A DNA stretch of 64,000 bases from Lytechinus pictus (taxonomy: Eukaryota). The notes beneath the pieces were generated by a model. It saw nothing but the letters and a program-made list of their open reading frames with translations, did not search any database and was not told where the DNA came from. A program made the position numbers and the translations under genes. The DNA lies in the NCBI RefSeq assembly GCF_037042905.1, contig NC_087249.1, positions 44,888,001 to 44,952,000 of the forward strand. The letters run 5' to 3'. This document shows, in pieces, positions 52,301 to 64,000 of this stretch (its first letter is position 1; each line of letters opens with the position of its first letter).

Positions 52301-53948
52301 ATACTTAAATCTTTGTGAAACATCCTGCAGGTGTATATTGTATATTGTACATTGTATATAAGTTTTTAAGAAGAACAAGTTCCAGTTGTGTACAAAGTTG
52401 TGTGTAATTTATGAACAGCAACCCCCCCATGGCTGTGTGGTCCTTGGGGCCCTTTATCACGGAGAATGTTTTCAATCTTGCTCCAGGTCTATCGCCAGGA
52501 ATGCCAAGGTGCTGTCCAAGACCCTACAGGAGGCTGCGAAGACCATGTCCATTCCCGTTGATCACCCAAAAGAATGGAAGCTAGCCAAGTGCCTGGCTAG
52601 GTTTCCTGAGGTCATCTCCCGTACGCTGGACGATCTATTCATCCACAGCATCTGTGACTACCTCTACGAGGTCTCCAACACATTCACAGAGTTCTATGAA
52701 GTCTGCTATTGTATCACCAAGAACAAGCAGACAGGTAAGACGGTTCTCTTTGACAAGGGAGGGGGCATTTAACATAACTTGCAATCGATTGCAATTCAGT
52801 CTTTGGTCCCAAAGTCAATCATATGTCCAACCATTGATTAGAATTTTAGGAATGATTGCTGCTCTTCTTATCACAATAGAAAAGGGAAATTAAAATATGA
52901 ATTAGTTACCATTGATCTATCATAGAAAATGATTTCAAACCAGCCGCTTTCCACACCCCCTGTACTTCACAATATCCAGACAAGTTGGAAATATCTCACT
53001 ACTGAAACTTCAATGGGTAGTGATACTTGTATTTGGTTTAGTTAATTAATGACATATCAGTCCTCATGATATTGCGAAAAAATATAAATTGTTTTAGTCA
53101 GTAATCCGGGCTGTAATTCCGTCGAGTCCCAGACGACGTCGGTGGCCGGATCACCCTCACTCCCTCCCTCCACTTAACTCTATTCGATGCATCCTCCTCC
53201 CCCAACCCAACCCTCCTACTCTCTACCATTTTGCTTCTTCCTCGACTTCTCGAGTCGTCCTCTTCCCCTCAGATCAGCCAGCTGGAACTTGAGGGCCCTT
53301 ATCAAAACATTCATCATTATCCCTCAATACATCAGAATGCATAAAGTGGACATTCAGTTTGATGTTTTGCCTATTATGAACATTTTTGTATCTTTTTTAA
53401 AATGTAAATTGTGTACAATTCAGCCACTGGCTGTGAGATACAACTTGAAATTAACCATGAATAATAATAATAACATACCCATACCGATGTACTCTGTTCA
53501 CCTCGCCATCCGGGGAGTGTTACATCAATATTTTTGTCCGACAAGTTGTCAGATCTGACAAATTTCTTGGTTTTTGATTGGCTGAGAATCATTGTTACTA
53601 TGGCAACTGTCGGATATAACAGGACTTGTTGGATAAAATGTCCCACAAGTCCTTTCATGAAACGCTCCCCTGATTCAGCATCAGCATCAAACCCTCAGCT
53701 TTCTTCCTTTCTATTCACGCCCCACATTGCTCTCGCCATCACTCTCTCGGTCCGCAAAATCCTCATGTTGTCTTCACTCAAAATACCATTCTTTCTTTTA
53801 CCGAGTCCATCAGCATTTTTCTTTTTGTTTCATTGCAGGGGAAATTGAGAGTGTGGACACAGGACGCCTGCTCCTCTGCGAGGCTACAGCCGCCATCATG
53901 GCAAAGGGCTTCGACATACTAGGACTCCACCCTGTCGAGAAGATGTAG
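31554..53948 (+). CDS. RARS1: Arginine--tRNA ligase, cytoplasmic, complete, 666 aa. join(31554..31598,36460..36603,38499..38693,39555..39644,42453..42678,44261..44397,45478..45607,46021..46128,47187..47365,47775..47884,48821..48926,50008..50121,51313..51371,52487..52734,53839..53948)
   Basis: N-terminal leucine zipper ([19 protein letters not shown]), [30 protein letters not shown] (HIGH), [47 protein letters not shown]-terminus [13 protein letters not shown]. 15 GT-AG exons, 2001 nt in frame. Confidence 0.96.
31854..34232. mobile_element. Giant foldback element, GG termini, 8-bp TSD (Merlin- or Mutator/Foldback-like), no transposase
   Basis: TCAATTTT|GGCATAATCG...CGATTATGCC|TCAATTTT; arms contain ~79-bp tandem units and (ATT)n simple sequence. 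Confidence 0.75.
33658..33790. other. Assembly gap (N run)
   Basis: 133 consecutive N within ATT-rich simple sequence. Confidence 0.99.
34312..36424. mobile_element. Cluster of related CAGTAGAGGCGC-ended elements
   Basis: TIR pairs at 34312/34778 and about 34783/35700, plus an extra right TIR ending at 36424 that matches the 34312 TIR. Confidence 0.65.
36460..36603 (+). CDS. RARS1: RARS1 exon 2 (leucine zipper)
   Basis: [35 protein letters not shown]. Confidence 0.9.
36627..36747. mobile_element. hAT-type MITE, 121 bp
   Basis: 8-bp TSD TTACAGGT; TIR (T/C)AGTGGCGGACCGTGACCC. Confidence 0.85.
37244..38315. mobile_element. Tc2/pogo-like non-autonomous element
   Basis: TA|CCGTAAGTAACGGACTATAAACCGCACC...GGTGCGGTTAATAGACCATTACTTACGG|TA. 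Confidence 0.8.
38499..38693 (+). CDS. RARS1: RARS1 exon 3
   Basis: ..[34 protein letters not shown]. Confidence 0.92.
38829..38887. repeat. (GAT)n microsatellite
   Basis: Direct reading. Confidence 0.85.
39555..39644 (+). CDS. RARS1: RARS1 exon 4
   Basis: [30 protein letters not shown]. Confidence 0.9.
40159..41677. mobile_element. CAGGG-ended 1.5-kb non-autonomous element nested in a MITE, 6-bp TSD
   Basis: GCGCGT|CAGGGACTCGGTTTT...AAAATCGAGTCCCTG|GCGCGT. Confidence 0.8.
42453..42678 (+). CDS. RARS1: RARS1 exon 5 (HIGH motif)
   Basis: [39 protein letters not shown]. Confidence 0.95.
43431..43712. mobile_element. MITE, GGGCCCGTCTTACAAAGAG family
   Basis: TIRs present; second copy in the opposite orientation at about 55037-55298. 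Confidence 0.75.
44261..44397 (+). CDS. RARS1: RARS1 exon 6
   Basis: [30 protein letters not shown]. Confidence 0.95.
45478..45607 (+). CDS. RARS1: RARS1 exon 7
   Basis: [37 protein letters not shown]. Confidence 0.93.
46021..46128 (+). CDS. RARS1: RARS1 exon 8
   Basis: [20 protein letters not shown]. Confidence 0.93.
47187..47365 (+). CDS. RARS1: RARS1 exon 9
   Basis: [27 protein letters not shown]. Confidence 0.95.
47775..47884 (+). CDS. RARS1: RARS1 exon 10
   Basis: [30 protein letters not shown]. Confidence 0.93.
48821..48926 (+). CDS. RARS1: RARS1 exon 11
   Basis: [24 protein letters not shown]. Confidence 0.93.
49501..49887. mobile_element. Foldback element with ~15-bp GACCAAATGG-type subrepeats, possible 9-bp TSD (Mutator-like)
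   Basis: AGCTAAACC at 49492-49500 and 49888-49896; inverted CCAATTCGT/ACGAATTGG ends. Confidence 0.55.
50008..50121 (+). CDS. RARS1: RARS1 exon 12
   Basis: [32 protein letters not shown]. Confidence 0.93.
50241..50707. mobile_element. hAT-like MITE with CAGGGAA subterminal repeats
   Basis: CAGGGTTCCAAGC...GCTGGGAACCCTG. Confidence 0.65.
51313..51371 (+). CDS. RARS1: RARS1 exon 13
   Basis: [19 protein letters not shown]. Confidence 0.93.
51700..52325. mobile_element. Host palindromic MITE with two nested GGGGGTGTTGCAAGAA MITEs
   Basis: Host TIR GGGGGTGTTTCACAAAGA..TCTTTGTGAAACATCC; inserts at about 51732-51952 and 52075-52294. Confidence 0.75.
52487..52734 (+). CDS. RARS1: RARS1 exon 14 (anticodon-binding domain)
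   Basis: [45 protein letters not shown]. Confidence 0.94.
53095..53440 (-). mobile_element. RTE LINE 3' remnant
   Basis: Minus strand with frameshift: ..[41 protein letters not shown], an RTE C-terminal signature. Confidence 0.6.
53839..53948 (+). CDS. RARS1: RARS1 last exon
   Basis: [27 protein letters not shown]; AATAAA at 53977-53982. Confidence 0.93.
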
Positions 53949-55782
53949 CATTCATTTTTTCTGATGCTCAAATAATAATAAAAATCATGTCCTTAGTTAA
54001 CTAAACCCTATAAATCCTAGCTGGTAATCATAATAGAGGATGTAAATGGCTTCTGATTATTATATGAAAAAAATGTCCGTGAAAGGTTAACTAATCCCTT
54101 CAAATTCTAGCTGGTAATATTATTTTAGATGAACTAAAAAGTTGTTTTTTCATATTTAGTAAGCATTTAAACAAATATGCTAACATTCTAGTAAGCCAAG
54201 AGTGTAAAGATGCCTGTTCAACACTAATAGATTTTATTTGCATGTCAGACAGGCGAGTTCTCTAATTGTCAAGGAAACCACAGATTTTGGTTATGGGCAC
54301 TTATAAAAAGGAAAAGAAAAATTAATGGGGGAAGTTCCTATAGGTAAGGTGTGTCGTGCATTAATGTAAAATGAATTTGTTGAATGAAGGGAAAAAGAAA
54401 ACGTACGTCGGTCGTAAGTGTAGACAGTTCATACTTACTCGCTTTGAAAAAGCAATATATGGCATGAAGTGAGGGTCCTTTAATTGGAATAGATGTGTGT
54501 CTTTTATCGTTTCTCCCATTCCTTCGAGTTATTACGTTTGTAATTGAAAGATTTGCCATATTCCATTGTTTTTTTGTGTTACTGATCCCTGAAGTCTAAT
54601 GAGAGATTTCCACGAGAGGTATTTAGTCCCAAGGTTTAATTTAAAACGAAGCTGAAAATCTCAAAATCTTGTTTACATTGAAAGACTGCGCTTTCCTTAC
54701 GCTAATAGTCTAATAATCTATAGCAGGCCTATGTGCTGGAGGTGCCATCATTTGCTTAAATCACTGGTGGATCTGGGGGGGGGGCAAAGCCGGCCCGTGC
54801 CCCCCTTTTGAGAGGCACAATTAAAAGTTATAATGTAAAAACTTCATTAATACAGAAGTGTACTCCCTTTTTTTTCTTGTCAAATTTTTCCTCGGAAAAT
54901 TGTGCCCCCCCTTTTGGAAAATCCTGGATCCTTCCCTGGCGTAAATCGTATGAACAGAGTCATATGCAGAAACATTCTTGGAGCCCAATAATGCAAAAAT
55001 GTGCTTAGCAGTAGGGTCTCAATTCAAGTGTATCCTGGGCCCTGTCTTACAAAGAGTTGATTGATCCAATCAATCTTACCTCTATGGAAATCCATCGGTA
55101 TCATATCTTTTTCTACGGGAAATTTGCACAATGTCCTTTTTAAACAAAGAGAAGCACAGCAAATTTTTAAGAAAACAATGAATGCATGAATATACATCAT
55201 AGATATATTTTGAACATGTATAATAGATGTTGACGTTGCTGGCCGTTCATAGTTGTGGTTGATCGGATCAATCACAACTCTTTGTAAGACGGGGCCCGGG
55301 ACTCTGAGAAGTCTTCATAATACACAGCAAGCAGAAGCAGTCAAACATTTCAATACTTTATTTTTCATAATTTTATTCACATCAAATGAATTCTGTACAT
55401 ATATTTGGTTGTTATATATTTCCCTTCATATGATTTAATCATTACTTAGTAATATCCTTTATTGTATGCAGCATACTCTGTATTAAATTCGAAAAACTAA
55501 TGTTCTCATTAACATTTGTCTCTTATTCATGAATGTCAATATAAAACTTCGAATGATGAACTATTAGAAATTCATTATGTTCCTATTCTTGGTACTTTGT
55601 TAACAAATTAGTTTTCTAAAAGGCAAACATGACAGACAATATGTTACGTATTCATGCCGTTGGGTAAAAATAACCGTTTATGAAAAGTATACATGAGATA
55701 TGATTGTATTAAACTGGTTTTTCTCTTCTATATATCTGTGTGATGTTTGATTTTTGAGGATGCATTCATGCTTGATTTTTAA

Positions 55783-56414
55783 CCCTAAATAGACTATTTC
55801 AACGCCTAAGAAGACTGGGGGGGGGGGGGCGGCGGCTGAATGATCTCGGCCATCGATCTTGACGAAAATTGGCACGCGCGTTAACCATGGCATAATCTAC
55901 AAAACTATAAGATCAAATTCTGCGAAAAATCTCATTGCTAATCAATTATGCTCAAAATGCTTACTTTTTTTGGTTCACAGACTCTATAGGAATCTGATCA
56001 AATGTACATTTAAAAATTTCAACCTCACATTGATTTTCTTATCTATTCTATTGTTTTTAAAATGTCTTTTGTTTTTATTGTTATTTCAACGGAAATTATC
56101 TGGGACTCTATTTTGACCATAAACAAGATGAAATTAATTGATTTTAATCAGTAAAAGGAAAAATAATGATACACTATTTGCATAGGATTTGTACATGAAT
56201 TCACATTATTCAAGCAATTTTGGATCTGCATGCACTTACAAAATGTTGTGAAATTTCAGAACCGCGTACCTAGGGGACACAATTTTGGTCTCAAAAGTTG
56301 CGCGAGACTTGAAAGTAAAAAATTGGTGAGCAACGCAGTAAAAAAAGTTTACACGGCAGATTTATCACGAAAAATGTTGAGGGGGGGCTGAATCAGCCCC
56401 CAGTCTTATTAGGG
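55783..56414. mobile_element. piggyBac-like non-autonomous element (copy 2)
   Basis: TTAA|CCCTAAATAGACT...AGTCTTATTAGGG|TTAA; internal homology to 1228-2009. Confidence 0.75.
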
Positions 56415-57009
56415 TTAATGTAGATGGAATGTTTTGAAATGCACACATGAGATGGATCTATGGGAAAGGAGTGCTTTGCCAATAAGCCAATTCGTAATTC
56501 CATTTTGCGCATGATCAGAAGGTCATTGGTACTCAAGTGATAGATGGTTAAAATGAGATAACACCAACTTTGATGTCTTGATTATTCATAAATTCCTTTG
56601 AACTGTGTTTTTCATTAGATCCACAAAAAAACGATGCGTCCACTATTTCACAGTTGGCCAAGTACATTGTTACATAACTTGCCAATGCATTCAAAGTAGA
56701 AATGCAAGAAATACCTTCATCGAGTGTTCATTGGTGTGCTATTCTAGTCACCTGGTCTATTCAATTTCTTCATCCTGCTATGTAAGGCATGCTTACATAA
56801 TATCTAGCTTTGAAATCTGCTTATCATAATGAAAGAAATGAGAGGTCATTTGACCAAAATTGCCCATGAAGTAACTACGAACTGGTCTACACTCAACTTT
56901 AATGGGCTGAAGTCAGTTACCAGGCATGGGTCTGCTAGCAATATTGCCCAATATTTGGGAGCAACATACCTGCTGATTCTATTTCAATTCACTGATTATG
57001 ACGAAGAGT

Positions 57010-57270
57010 CAAGGTTAGTGGTTCTGACTCCCTCTTTTCAATCAGAGTGTCTTTGGTTTGAGTATTTCCTTCCGCTCGAAGTGAAATTTATCCACAATGG
57101 CTACACTCGATCCAGGTTAGTTGAATGGGTATGCAACATTCTTTGACACCTTTATATGGTGATTTAGTTATAGCAATAATATGATACCAAGTATTAATTA
57201 AGCACAGTAGCGTATACCCTTCGTAAATATATTTACGTGCTATATAAATGGTTCAATTATATTACTATTC
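57010..57270 (+). mobile_element. Degraded tRNA-derived SINE
   Basis: AGTGGTTCTGACTC head, CACTCGATCCAGGT..AATGGGTA core, ATT tail. Confidence 0.45.
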
Positions 57271-57301
57271 TGGCCCTGAAAATACAAGTATAGATGCACC
57301 C

Positions 57302-63776
<6,475 letters not shown>

Positions 63777-64000
63777 TTAAGGTCAAGTGATGGCGTGAGG
63801 CGATTATAATCATCGGGGCCTGTTTCATCATATTTGTTATGATGGTGACACGACAATTGCTCCGGGCTAAATTTCGTCTAAGATGTAGGGTTAAGGGTAG
63901 AGTTGCAATAGGGTTTTATGCCAGGTTTAGGGTAGGGTATAGTGTCAAACCCAAGGTTTGAAGTTGTTCACTCGATTAGAGAGTGGAATTTAGAGCGGAG

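Noticed and set aside
63880-63945. TTAGGG-like repeats suggesting interstitial telomere
   Set aside because: Only a few degenerate units inside an interspersed repeat truncated by the window end.

Overview
Eukaryotic, AT-rich, intron-rich animal genomic DNA. The repeat content looks echinoderm, probably sea urchin, which is an inference. Four conserved housekeeping genes can be reconstructed by hand with canonical GT-AG junctions and consistent phases. (1) The 3' part of LARP1 (+), six exons including the DM15 domain, stop at 5576-5578, probably followed by a long 3'UTR. (2) A complete AKAP17A/SFRS17A (-), six coding exons, about 940 aa, with an RS-rich last exon. (3) A complete cytoplasmic arginyl-tRNA synthetase RARS1 (+), 15 coding exons, 666 aa, head-to-head with AKAP17A. 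(4) The 3' part of ABHD18 (-), six exons, tail-to-tail with RARS1. Introns and intergenic DNA are packed with non-autonomous DNA transposons and MITEs (piggyBac-, Kolobok-, Tc1-, Tc2/pogo-, hAT-, Harbinger- and Helentron-like), tRNA-derived SINEs and LINE 3' remnants. There is one assembly gap (33658-33790). I see no evidence for a new multi-gene system. The most notable observations are a 2.4-kb giant foldback element in RARS1 intron 1, a very compact putative bidirectional promoter with tandem 5' splice sites, CAGG-ended elements with 6-bp TSDs, nested MITEs, and MITE or satellite units carrying transcription-factor-like motifs. Gene identities rest on my recall of the human orthologue sequences; no searches were run.
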